A stretch of 25,874 nucleotides of DNA. Origin: an uncultured Caldisericum sp. (GTDB lineage Bacteria > Caldisericota > Caldisericia > Caldisericales > Caldisericaceae). The stretch is taken from assembly GCA_964546685.1 (NCBI GenBank), contig CAZJKI010000017.1, forward strand, positions 1-25,874, read 5' to 3'. Below are positions 1 through 7,719 of this stretch, one piece after another (position 1 is the stretch's first letter; each line of letters opens with the position of its first letter). Position numbers and translations under genes: made by a program. The notes below the pieces were generated by a model that searched no databases, was not told the DNA's origin, and worked only from the letters and a program-made list of their open reading frames with translations.

Positions 1-151
1 TAAATTATAAAACATAATTCAAATTTAAAAAATAAGGGTAAATCTTTTGGTTTTTTTCTAGACATCCTCTGTCTTTAATCTCATTCTCTCCCAGATATAA
101 TATAAAGTACTGAGCAACATTCAAACGTCTATTTTTTAATTCCTTTTCAAT

Positions 152-160
152 TGATATAAT
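152..160 (+). promoter_or_regulatory. Extended -10 element (TGaTATAAT) of a putative promoter for the CDF gene
   Basis: TGATATAAT at 152-160, 17 nt before ATG 177. Weak -35; no SD on the short leader. Confidence 0.35.
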
Positions 161-176
161 AAACTACGAGTTTGAA

Positions 177-1046
177 ATGGAAGAAAGGAGAACAAAAAGT
201 TTAAAAGCTGTAAAAATAGGGATAGCAAGCAATATATTGCTTGCTATATTTAAAGTTATCCTTGGCATTTTTGCACATTCCATTGCACTTATAAGCGATG
301 GGGTAGATACTTCTATTGACGTATTAAAGTCATTTATCGTTTACCAGGGAATAAAAATTGCAGCAGAACCACCGGACAGCTCTCATCCATATGGACATGG
401 CAGGGCTGAAACAATAGCCTCAAACATCATAGGCATATCTATCATTTTCGCGGGGATTATTATAATAATTGAATCGCTCCGTACATTTGGCAAAACGAAC
501 GCTATTGAATCACTCATGCTGATCGGCGCGGGAGCCAGTATTCTCGGAAAAATCATGCTTTCAGCATATATGTCAAGGATGGGTAAAAAATTTTCAAACC
601 AGGCTCTTTTAGCAAATGCAAAAGACTACTTTGGTGATGTGCTTTCCTCGTCCGCCGTTGTTATCGGTGGCCTCTTAATAATGATTACCGGGAGGAAATT
701 CTTTGATGGAATCGCGTCTATTTCGGTTGCTTCAATCATAGTTTATATGGGATTCAAAGTTCTTCAACCCGGTTTTCAAGAAATCATGGAAGAGCAGGAT
801 AACCCGGAAATTGCAGGAAAAATAAGGCAAATTATCAATAAGTTTCCAAAGGCAATTAACCCACATCTCATAAGAATGAGTAGACTTGGTTCCTATTATA
901 TAGTTGATATGCACCTCGAGTTTCCAGAAAGTATGAGCATCAAAGAATCCCATGGAATTGTAAGTATGATAGAAAAAGAAGTTAAAAGCAAAATTCCACA
1001 GATTCAGGATATAACTATTCATGTTGAGCCTTTCGAAAATAAGTAA
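177..1046 (+). CDS. Cation diffusion facilitator (CDF) family divalent-metal efflux transporter
   Basis: 289 aa. The N-terminal half is hydrophobic with the CDF signature around ...HSIALISDGVDTSIDVL... and a second metal-site helix (..DYFGDVLSS..). The C-terminal ~90 aa is a soluble domain typical of CzcD/FieF/MMT1-like proteins. An extended -10 (TGaTATAAT) lies about 20 nt upstream, with no obvious SD. Confidence 0.88.
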   Translation: MEERRTKSLKAVKIGIASNILLAIFKVILGIFAHSIALISDGVDTSIDVLKSFIVYQGIKIAAEPPDSSHPYGHGRAETIASNIIGISIIFAGIIIIIESLRTFGKTNAIESLMLIGAGASILGKIMLSAYMSRMGKKFSNQALLANAKDYFGDVLSSSAVVIGGLLIMITGRKFFDGIASISVASIIVYMGFKVLQPGFQEIMEEQDNPEIAGKIRQIINKFPKAINPHLIRMSRLGSYYIVDMHLEFPESMSIKESHGIVSMIEKEVKSKIPQIQDITIHVEPFENK

Positions 1047-1066
1047 ATCTATTCAGGGAGACAAAG

Positions 1067-1519
1067 ATGATTTTTGAAAAAATTTCAAAAGATTATATTC
1101 AGGCAATGAAGAATAGAGATAGTCTGCGCATAGTGGTATTAAGTTACATCAAGTCTGTAATCAAATATAGAGAAATCGAGAACAGGGAGAAGAAAAAAGA
1201 ATTAACCGATGATGATGTCATAGAAGTTATAAGCAAGGAGATTAAAAAGAGGGAAGAGTCAATTGAAATGTACAAAATCGGAGGAAGAGAGGATCTTGTT
1301 CATAAAGAAGAGAAAGAGTTAAAAGTTCTCAAAGAATATATGCCTGTGCAGATGTCAGAGGAAGAAATTAGAGCAAAGGTAAAAGAAATAATACAAAAAG
1401 TCGGCGCTTCATGTGAGAAAGATTTTGGAAGAGTAATGAAAGAAGTAATGGTAGAATTAAAAGGTAAGGCAGGCGGAAATCTCATAAAGAAAATCGTTGA
1501 GGAAAGCCTAAAATTATGA
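1067..1519 (+). CDS. GatB/YqeY domain protein
   Basis: 150 aa. Collinear with B. subtilis YqeY-like proteins (..AMKNRD..R...L..IK..I...E.......L.D.EV..V...E.KKR.ES.E.Y.K.GR.DL...E..E...L.EY.P.Q.SEEE.......I......S..D.G.VM...M...KGKA.G..I..IV...L). An AGGGAG Shine-Dalgarno sits 7 nt before the ATG. Confidence 0.85.
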   Translation: MIFEKISKDYIQAMKNRDSLRIVVLSYIKSVIKYREIENREKKKELTDDDVIEVISKEIKKREESIEMYKIGGREDLVHKEEKELKVLKEYMPVQMSEEEIRAKVKEIIQKVGASCEKDFGRVMKEVMVELKGKAGGNLIKKIVEESLKL

Positions 1520-2563
1520 CCACCTGTATTTTCCACGCCGCATTAAGTAAATAAAAAATGGAGCTCCTATCAGTGCTGTAAGAATTCCTATTGGTATTTC
1601 AGAGAGAGATATAGTGCGAGAAAGGTCATCTATCAGTAAAAGGTAAAATGACCCAATTAGAGTTGATACAGGAAGCAGTTTTCTAAAGTCAGGTCCTACA
1701 AGCATTCTTCCAAGATGCGGAATGACAAGTCCTACCCATCCTATTACACCACTTATAGAAACGCACAGTGATGTTAAAAGAGTTGAAAGAAAAATAATTA
1801 TCAACCTGAGTTTTTTAGGGTTTTCGCCAAGCAATGTTGCCTCTTCGTTTCCAAGAGAGAGGATGTTTAATTTCCATCTTAAAAGATATAGAAGGATAAT
1901 GGATGCTATAATAAATGGAGCTACAAATATCACATCTCTTTGTGATATTTGAGCGAGCGAACCCATAAGCCAGTAAACAATTGATGGGAGTTTCGTATAC
2001 GGGTCAGCATAGTATTTAAGGAATGAAATTAAAGACGTAAAAAGGCTGCTTACTATAAATCCTGAAAGCACAAGTGTTATAGAATTAGAATTTTTCTGAG
2101 ATCTTGAGATAAAGAGGCTCAAAAGGACAGCAATAATTGAAAATATAAATGCAAAAAGTTCGATAAGCAGGTAATTACCCCCTATAAGAATTGCAATTGC
2201 AGCGCCAAAGCCTGCTCCTGATGAAAGTCCAAGGATAAATGGTGATACGAGAGGGTTATCGAATATACCCTGGTACGCTGCTCCACTTTCTGAAAGAGAA
2301 GCTCCAATAAGTAGCGCAGCAATAACTCGTGGGAATCTTATATCAAAAATTACTGTCTTTACAGTGTCATCAAAAGTCTGTCCTGGTAGAAAAATCTTGC
2401 CTAAAATTACCTTTAAAACCGTTAGAGGATCGATTTTATACCTTCCAAGCGATAAGGAAACGATAAAAAGAATTATATTCAGTACGATTAATATTAAAAT
2501 GACCTGCCCTAAGGTAAAAAATGACTTAGTTTGCCTTCGGGTAGATAAAGGTGTTTCCTTCAA
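1514..2563 (-). CDS. ABC transporter permease, FecCD/BtuC family (iron-siderophore/heme/cobalamin type-II importer)
   Basis: 349 aa, polytopic. Typical FecCD features: ..RIPRV..A.LIGASL..SGAAYQG.F.NPL..P..LG.S.GA..GA...I.. TTG start at 2563 with a GGAG about 11 nt upstream. Its stop overlaps the YqeY stop convergently. Confidence 0.9.
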   Translation of the reverse strand: MKETPLSTRRQTKSFFTLGQVILILIVLNIILFIVSLSLGRYKIDPLTVLKVILGKIFLPGQTFDDTVKTVIFDIRFPRVIAALLIGASLSESGAAYQGIFDNPLVSPFILGLSSGAGFGAAIAILIGGNYLLIELFAFIFSIIAVLLSLFISRSQKNSNSITLVLSGFIVSSLFTSLISFLKYYADPYTKLPSIVYWLMGSLAQISQRDVIFVAPFIIASIILLYLLRWKLNILSLGNEEATLLGENPKKLRLIIIFLSTLLTSLCVSISGVIGWVGLVIPHLGRMLVGPDFRKLLPVSTLIGSFYLLLIDDLSRTISLSEIPIGILTALIGAPFFIYLMRRGKYRWS

Positions 2564-3293
2564 TTTGTAATAGCTCCGCTTCTATATCGTAAAGTTTCCT
2601 CAAATTATCAGGAGTTAACACTTCTTCTGGCTTTCCCATGGCTACGACCTCCTGCTTCTTGATTAAGAGTACTCTATTTGAAAATCTCAGGACCTGGTTG
2701 GGATCATGCATCGTCATAAGAACAGTAAGATTTTTTCTGTCTCTTAACTCCCTGATCTTATTTAATACGAGAAACTTGTTTTTAAAATCAAGGAATACAG
2801 TTGGTTCATCAAGAATTATTATACCTGTATTCTGGGCTAGTACTCTTGCAATGAGAGTTAAACGAAGTTCACCTCCACTTATATCTGTATATGGCATATC
2901 CTTAAGATGGTAAATACCCACTTCTTTAAGTGCCTCAAGGGCAACTTTCACATCCTTCTGTGACGGAAGAGAAAAGAAATCAAGATATGGGCTCCTTCCC
3001 ATTAAAACCATGTCAAGAACAGTGTACGAGAAAGAGATCTTATGGATTTGCGGAACCGAGGATATGGTTCTTCCCAGTTCTTTCAAAGAATAATCTTTTA
3101 AATCTTTACCTGAAACTATAATATTTCCACCTTTTGGAGCAAGAAGCCTTTCAATGCATTTTAAAAGTGTAGTTTTACCACTTCCATTAGGACCAAGAAT
3201 TGTGAAAATTTCTCCTTCATTTACCTCAAAACTGAGATTTCTAAAAACTTCCGAATCAAAGTATCCAAATGTAAGATTATTAACCTTTATCAT
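2526..3293 (-). CDS. ABC transporter ATP-binding protein (FecE/BtuD-like)
   Basis: 255 aa. Walker A GPNGSGKTTLL, ABC signature LSGGE, Walker B IILDEPT, H-loop TMHD. AGGAG SD. The ATG immediately follows the stop of the upstream binding-protein gene. Confidence 0.9.
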   Translation of the reverse strand: MIKVNNLTFGYFDSEVFRNLSFEVNEGEIFTILGPNGSGKTTLLKCIERLLAPKGGNIIVSGKDLKDYSLKELGRTISSVPQIHKISFSYTVLDMVLMGRSPYLDFFSLPSQKDVKVALEALKEVGIYHLKDMPYTDISGGELRLTLIARVLAQNTGIIILDEPTVFLDFKNKFLVLNKIRELRDRKNLTVLMTMHDPNQVLRFSNRVLLIKKQEVVAMGKPEEVLTPDNLRKLYDIEAELLQIEGNTFIYPKAN

Positions 3294-4706
3294 TTATACT
3301 CCTGTAATGAACCTCAGATCTTCCTGAGGAATATTGAAATCATATACCCTCTTGTAGAAATCTATTGCTTCTTTTGCAATGTCAAAGTCAACAATCTGGG
3401 GATAAACTTTATTTGAAAGCCACATAATGCCAAGAATGGACTCTGGAGCTGGCAAATCGTAGGCAAGTATATAAGAAGGCATTCTTAAAACATCTCTATT
3501 CTTTATTGCTTTTAAATCTTTCAACTTTGGGTTGTCAAGCACATCGTTTACTGTGTCACTACAGTAAGAAGTAAGCACAATATAGTCAGGATTCCACAAG
3601 AGTATTTGCTCTGCCGATACGTTTACCTTGCCGCCCTTCAAATCTTTTGAAACACTCACCCCACCAGCAAGATCTATTAAATAGGTCTGGTAAAAATCTC
3701 CTCCAAATGTTGTCAAAATATTCGCTCCAGCTATATAAAGTGTTGCTTTCTTGTTTATGATACTTGTTTTATCTTTTATATATTCGAGTTTTTCATTAAA
3801 ATAGAGAAGTGCTTGCCTGGCCTCTTCGTACTGTCCAAGAATATTCCCAAGGAATTGGATGGATTTAAGCATAAGTTGCGGGCTTTCAAAGTTTAAAAGA
3901 ACAACAGGAATACCCGCTTCTTCGAGCTTCTTGATTGGAGTCTGGTAAGTGGTGATTACTAAATCTGGCTTAAGTGAAAGGATTGTTTCAATGTTAGGTT
4001 CCCTAAAATCACTTGCCTCTGGTAAACTTTTTGCATCAGGAAATACTTTTGTAAAATTTACGTCATTTACGACTTTGCCTCTGGGAGTCGCGATAAGTTT
4101 GTCTTCACTTCTCAAAGAGAATAAAAGTTGTGTTGCCATAGGATAAAGGGAAACGATTTTATAAATTTTCTTTGGAACCATCACCTTTCTTCCTGTTACA
4201 TCGGCAACCTGAACAAGCTGTTTATAAAGTATAATATTGATATTGTCAGTCTCTACGTGCACTGAGCCATTGAAAGTTTTTACAAGAAATTCAAGAGGAA
4301 TAAGAGTTCTCGAATTTAATATAATTGGTTTGACATCGGCATTGTCACTAATGTAAACCTTGCTTCCATTGACTTCTGCAATAGGATTGTTAATATAAAG
4401 ATTCAAAGAGCTATCGTTAAGGGAAATCGTGACTTTCCTCTCATTCGAAGCCCATCCGGCATTTCCCCCTACTGCTTCTATAATACCTCTCAGAGGAACA
4501 TAAGCGATTCCGTTAATAATCAAGGGCTTAGAACCAGAAGGGTTAAACTTCATATTAAAACCGTCAACATTAAAATTTTCGGAGTTCATCTTTAACTGTA
4601 TGATAGCTACAGGTTTATAACCCTGCGCCTTTGCACTGAAAGGTATAACAAAAACCGATACCAAAGATAATACCAATAATACTGAGAGTAACCTTTTCAT
4701 CTTCAC
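3294..4706 (-). CDS. Secreted substrate-binding protein: two copper-amine-oxidase-N-terminal-like (cell-wall stalk) repeats fused to a class-III (BtuF/FhuD-like, Peripla_BP_2) metal-chelate binding domain
   Basis: 470 aa. Signal peptide MKMKRLLSVLLVLSLVSVFVIPFSAKAQG. The N-terminal ~150 aa has two motifs of the type ..YVPLRGIIEAVGGNAGW....KVTI.. and ..RTLIPLEFLVKTFNGSV.V. The C-terminal part has ..KIVSLYPMATQLLFSL.. and ..ILSLKPDLVIT.., typical of the siderophore/B12 binding-protein family. Confidence 0.8.
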   Translation of the reverse strand: MKMKRLLSVLLVLSLVSVFVIPFSAKAQGYKPVAIIQLKMNSENFNVDGFNMKFNPSGSKPLIINGIAYVPLRGIIEAVGGNAGWASNERKVTISLNDSSLNLYINNPIAEVNGSKVYISDNADVKPIILNSRTLIPLEFLVKTFNGSVHVETDNINIILYKQLVQVADVTGRKVMVPKKIYKIVSLYPMATQLLFSLRSEDKLIATPRGKVVNDVNFTKVFPDAKSLPEASDFREPNIETILSLKPDLVITTYQTPIKKLEEAGIPVVLLNFESPQLMLKSIQFLGNILGQYEEARQALLYFNEKLEYIKDKTSIINKKATLYIAGANILTTFGGDFYQTYLIDLAGGVSVSKDLKGGKVNVSAEQILLWNPDYIVLTSYCSDTVNDVLDNPKLKDLKAIKNRDVLRMPSYILAYDLPAPESILGIMWLSNKVYPQIVDFDIAKEAIDFYKRVYDFNIPQEDLRFITGV

Positions 4707-5413
4707 TTCCTCCTTATGGCAACATACTTAAGATATTTTTTGAAGCTATTCAATTTTCCACCCTGAGAGACAGCATGAATAACTTTTTCTTCATCAACTA
4801 CTAAAGACCCTCCAATGAGGTTCACTCTATAATCAAAAAGTACCGGGGAAAGCGGAGCAGATGGACCAAATACCACTGTATAACCTCGAGAAAGTTGGAG
4901 AAGCCTCTCAATGCTTTTGTTCGCAAACGCAGAACCTGTAATTGCAAGGATTTCTGCTTCAGGTACAACATATTCACAAGCAGTATCCAGAAAGTCCCCT
5001 TGTTGAGGGTTTCTCTCCAAAATCACGAGCTCTCTTGCAACTTTTCTTACATTATCCAGGCCACAGAAATGCCCTACAAAAACAATTTTTTTATCTTTTC
5101 CGAACTCTTCAAGATAATCGAGAATATTAAAGGTCTCAAAATCTTTAGGTATATCTAATAGAGAGTTAAGGGTTGCAAGGCCTATGCTTAATTTCAAAAG
5201 GTTAAATGTCTTCAGATTCTCAAGAAGCTCGTCTGCCCTTTTTCCAATTAAATTTCCTGCATCCTCAACTTCATCGTACAACGAGGAATAGGTTAAGGAC
5301 AAACCGAGTTTTGAAGTTTTAATGGTTGTCCATGTTGTACCAACCCGCATATCTTTTATAACTTCGTCACCTTTATTCTTTACTGAACCAATCAAATCTT
5401 CATAAAGTCCCAT
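4703..5413 (-). CDS. DUF364-family protein (Rossmann-like, annotated elsewhere as putative heavy-metal chelation domain)
   Basis: 236 aa with a Rossmann-like stretch (KKIVFVGHF..L........ELVILERNP..GD). It overlaps the downstream binding-protein gene by 4 nt (ATGA) and the upstream NTPase gene by 14 nt. Family assignment is from recall of DUF364/DUF4213 proteins commonly linked to metal-chelate ABC operons. Confidence 0.6.
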   Translation of the reverse strand: MGLYEDLIGSVKNKGDEVIKDMRVGTTWTTIKTSKLGLSLTYSSLYDEVEDAGNLIGKRADELLENLKTFNLLKLSIGLATLNSLLDIPKDFETFNILDYLEEFGKDKKIVFVGHFCGLDNVRKVARELVILERNPQQGDFLDTACEYVVPEAEILAITGSAFANKSIERLLQLSRGYTVVFGPSAPLSPVLFDYRVNLIGGSLVVDEEKVIHAVSQGGKLNSFKKYLKYVAIRRK

Positions 5414-5900
5414 AAAAGGCCCTCCTTAACTGTTGTGGAAGATTGCCACTATTATGTACCTCCACTTCAACAATCTCAACATATTTTGCAACTTCATCCA
5501 AAAATGGATTTCTATCAATTTTCATAACACCGAGCACAGACCTATCGCTTTTTAAAACCTCTAAAACCGTGGCCTTAAAAGACTCTGCCTCAGACTCAAG
5601 AAATCCAAGTTCATCCATTACAATCAACTCTTTATTTTCAAGAGCACCTCTCAATGATTTCACTCCAAGGTTTTCAAACCCATCAATGACCGGGTGAATT
5701 AAAAAATCATTATCAAAGAAAGCAATAGACTCCTCTTCGCCTGTTTCAATATCTCTTATCTTAAAACCCTTAAGCTGCTGCTCCTTTATAACCGGCAGAG
5801 TCCTGAACCCTCCAAAACTCATGTTCATTATAACAAGCAACCTATCAACAACAGTACTTTTTCCAACACCAATTTTTCCTGTTAAAAATATCTTTTTCAT
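5400..5900 (-). CDS. THEP1-like P-loop nucleoside-triphosphatase (DUF265/NTPase family)
   Basis: 166 aa. Walker A at the extreme N-terminus (MKKIFLTGKIGVGKST), Walker B-like hhhhDELG (LIVMDELGFLE). Size and motif order match the Aquifex THEP1 family. No SD; a TATAAA lies 11 nt upstream of the ATG, so the transcript is possibly near-leaderless. Confidence 0.7.
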   Translation of the reverse strand: MKKIFLTGKIGVGKSTVVDRLLVIMNMSFGGFRTLPVIKEQQLKGFKIRDIETGEEESIAFFDNDFLIHPVIDGFENLGVKSLRGALENKELIVMDELGFLESEAESFKATVLEVLKSDRSVLGVMKIDRNPFLDEVAKYVEIVEVEVHNSGNLPQQLRRAFYGTL

Positions 5901-5944
5901 ATTGGCAATTTTATATCAATAAAATTGTACACAATTTTGCCAAT
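5901..5944. promoter_or_regulatory. Cluster of inverted repeats (candidate operator) abutting the start of the THEP1-DUF364-ABC importer operon
   Basis: ATTGGCAA (5901-5908) and TTGCCAAT (5937-5944) form an 8-bp perfect inverted repeat. Inside: CAATTTTAT/ATAAAATTG (5906-5914/5919-5927) and AATTGT-ac-ACAATT (5923-5936). The 7-mer CAATTTT/AAAATTG occurs 3 times. A TATAAA -10 candidate overlaps these. Confidence 0.4.
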
Positions 5945-5988
5945 TAAGTCAAGAGGGATAAAATTAGTAATGAAGAAAGTCCAGGATT

Positions 5989-6627
5989 CTACTTTATTAC
6001 TAAAAGCACATTTTTATCATCGGCTGCTATTTCTTCAGTTTCTGTTTTAAATTTTTTCAAAAGATAAGGTATCCCTTTTTCCTTCCTCAACATTAGAAGA
6101 TCTTTCAGGAGGAAATTTGAAAAAACCAAAGGGTGACCTCTCTCTCCTTTATATGTGGGTATAAAAATCTTTTTGCCAGAAGAAAAAATCGTTTTGATAA
6201 TTCTATCATAAGTAGAAGTCTCTAAAGGCTCCTGATTGCCAAAAAGTAAAACAATGAATAAACTTTTCAGGTTAATTGCTCTGAGTCCCATTTTTAGAGA
6301 GGTGTAAACAGTGTCCTGAAAATGCTCGTTTAATATTATCTTAATAAACTCATATTTGAACAGGCTCTTTAAAGATTTTTTGTCCTCTTCGTTTCCTACG
6401 ATAATAACGATATCAAGAAGAATATTGAGCTTTTTTATATTTAGAATATTCTCCTCGATTTTTTCGATGTTGAGCTTTCTTGCGGTACAAATTACGACAG
6501 AAATTTTTTCCTTTAATTCAAGGGGAGAGATTTCAAATACTCTTTTCCCGTTTAAATAATAAAAGTTTTTAACTCCTTCCCTTTCTAAATATAGAGATTC
6601 TATAGGGAGTTTAACCTTTTCCTTCAT
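5989..6627 (-). CDS. Divergent MobA-like NTP-transferase-fold protein (nucleotidyltransferase family; lacks the canonical N-terminal Gly-rich loop)
   Basis: 212 aa. The C-terminal half matches MobA/MocA/CobY-type motifs (..LLFGNQEPL.. like LLGDQPL; ..YKGERGHPLVF.. like G.RGHP..F). The N-terminal AAG.S.RMG nucleotide loop is replaced by ..VVICTARKLNIEK.. and is preceded by about 40 extra residues. The start overlaps the Phd-like gene by 17 nt. Confidence 0.5.
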   Translation of the reverse strand: MKEKVKLPIESLYLEREGVKNFYYLNGKRVFEISPLELKEKISVVICTARKLNIEKIEENILNIKKLNILLDIVIIVGNEEDKKSLKSLFKYEFIKIILNEHFQDTVYTSLKMGLRAINLKSLFIVLLFGNQEPLETSTYDRIIKTIFSSGKKIFIPTYKGERGHPLVFSNFLLKDLLMLRKEKGIPYLLKKFKTETEEIAADDKNVLLVIK

Positions 6628-6823
6628 TGAGTATCTTCTTCAATAATTCCTTGTTTTTAAGAATTTCCACCGATTCTTTTAAACTCTCAAACAGCTCATA
6701 ATTTATTAATACCGCCGAAGGAGAGCTTTTTCTGATAATAAGGAAGGAGTTTCCTTTTTCAACTTCTTTTAATACTTTCAGCAAGTCCTCTTTCAACTTG
6801 CTTGCCGTTATAACCTCAATCAT
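6611..6823 (-). CDS. Phd/YefM-family type II antitoxin
   Basis: 70 aa. Collinear with the Phd/YefM consensus (..TASKLKEDLLKVLKEVEKGNSFLIIRKSSPSAVLINYELFESLKESVEILKN.ELLKKI..). No SD; a TATAAT ends about 8 nt before the ATG, giving a leaderless architecture common for antitoxin genes. Confidence 0.8.
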   Translation of the reverse strand: MIEVITASKLKEDLLKVLKEVEKGNSFLIIRKSSPSAVLINYELFESLKESVEILKNKELLKKILNEGKG

Positions 6824-6853
6824 AATTTAATTATACAGATTAAAAGCAAAAGT

Positions 6854-6897
6854 ATAAAACTTTAAATTTCTCAAACTCATTAAAACTTTCAAATTTT
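6854..6897. promoter_or_regulatory. Direct repeats in the divergent promoter region between the Phd-like gene and the small-membrane-protein operon
   Basis: TAAAACTTTaAAATTT at ~6855-6869 and TAAAACTTTcAAATTTT at ~6881-6897 (26-bp offset). The pentamer AAACT also occurs at ~6857, 6873 and 6883. A TATAAT for the leaderless Phd-like gene lies at ~6832-6837 (minus strand). Confidence 0.3.
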
Positions 6898-6932
6898 GTA
6901 AAAATCCTTTATAATTAGACAGGAGGTGAGAA

Positions 6933-7256
6933 ATGAATGGTATGTTATTGAGTTTGTTTATCGGTGTAATTCTCATCGTACGGCTTCTTCCCCTTTCAAG
7001 GGTTTCAAATATTGTCGTTAACGTTATTGCCGGTATTGTTTTCATATTATTAGGAATCTCGGAAGTACATGAAAAGGGGTGGAAAGCAGCAATTATTGCA
7101 GGTGCAGGAGTTTTATTTGTTATACTCGCATTTATTCCAAGACTTACAACAGGGGGCTCTTACATTGCTGTAACTATTATTATTTCGTTAATAGTTATTA
7201 TAGCATCAGTTTTTTCAGATTTCAGTAATTTTAAGAAATCTTTAAATAAAAAATAA
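6933..7256 (+). CDS. Small integral membrane protein (hypothetical)
   Basis: 107 aa with three hydrophobic segments. A strong SD (AGGAGGTGAG) lies 5-6 nt before the ATG. First gene of a compact three-gene + strand unit. Confidence 0.6.
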   Translation: MNGMLLSLFIGVILIVRLLPLSRVSNIVVNVIAGIVFILLGISEVHEKGWKAAIIAGAGVLFVILAFIPRLTTGGSYIAVTIIISLIVIIASVFSDFSNFKKSLNKK

Positions 7257-7268
7257 AGGAGGCGAATT

Positions 7269-7718
7269 ATGGAAGGATTCTGGGACAAGTTTAAAAAAGG
7301 TGCACAGGAAGTTGGAGAAAAAGCAGCACAGCTTGGCAAAATTGCAAAGCTTCAGACAGAAATTACAGCACTTAACACATCAAAAGGCGGAAAATTAGCT
7401 GACCTTGGAAGAAAGGTATACTCTCTTTTTAAAGAAGGGAAACTATCAGATGAAGTTAAAGAATCTCTAAAAGACTTACTGTCTCCGATTGAAGAAGTAG
7501 AAAAGAAAGTCGAAGAGAAGGAAAAAGAAATCGCCGAGATAAAGAAACAGACGGGCGAAGCTAAAGAAAGCGTAAAGGAAGAAACCCCGGAGGCAAAGGA
7601 ATCTGGAGCAGGAAAAGTCAGAGAAGAAGCTCCTGCTGAAAAGCCGGGAGAAGAAATCTCTGAAGCAAAAGAAACCAAGAAAGAACAGACTAAAGAACAA
7701 AAATCAAAAGGGAGTTAA
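7269..7718 (+). CDS. Hypothetical coiled-coil protein with Lys/Glu-rich low-complexity tail
   Basis: 149 aa. AAGGAGG SD. N-terminal MEGFWDKFKKGAQEVGEKAAQLGKIAKLQTEI.., followed by a KE/PEAK-rich tail. A strong codon-periodic ORF in a tight operon. Confidence 0.6.
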   Translation: MEGFWDKFKKGAQEVGEKAAQLGKIAKLQTEITALNTSKGGKLADLGRKVYSLFKEGKLSDEVKESLKDLLSPIEEVEKKVEEKEKEIAEIKKQTGEAKESVKEETPEAKESGAGKVREEAPAEKPGEEISEAKETKKEQTKEQKSKGS

Positions 7719-7719
7719 G

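Noticed and set aside
1-176. czcD-type (NiCo) riboswitch upstream of the CDF transporter
   Set aside because: The leader is extremely AT-rich with no GC-paired helices, and the distance from the extended -10 to the ATG is only about 17 nt, which is too short to hold a riboswitch aptamer.
3982-3994. TTAGGTTCCCTAA (TTAGG/CCTAA arms with a 3-bp spacer)
   Set aside because: It is inside the coding sequence of the substrate-binding protein gene. A short AT-rich motif like this is expected by chance.
7352-7700. Minus-strand ORFs of 108 and 74 aa (Ser/Phe-rich)
   Set aside because: They are antisense to the KE-rich ORF 7269-7718. Low-complexity codon repeats (GAA/AAA/AAG) automatically generate open antisense frames (TTC/TTT/CTT), and they have no RBS.
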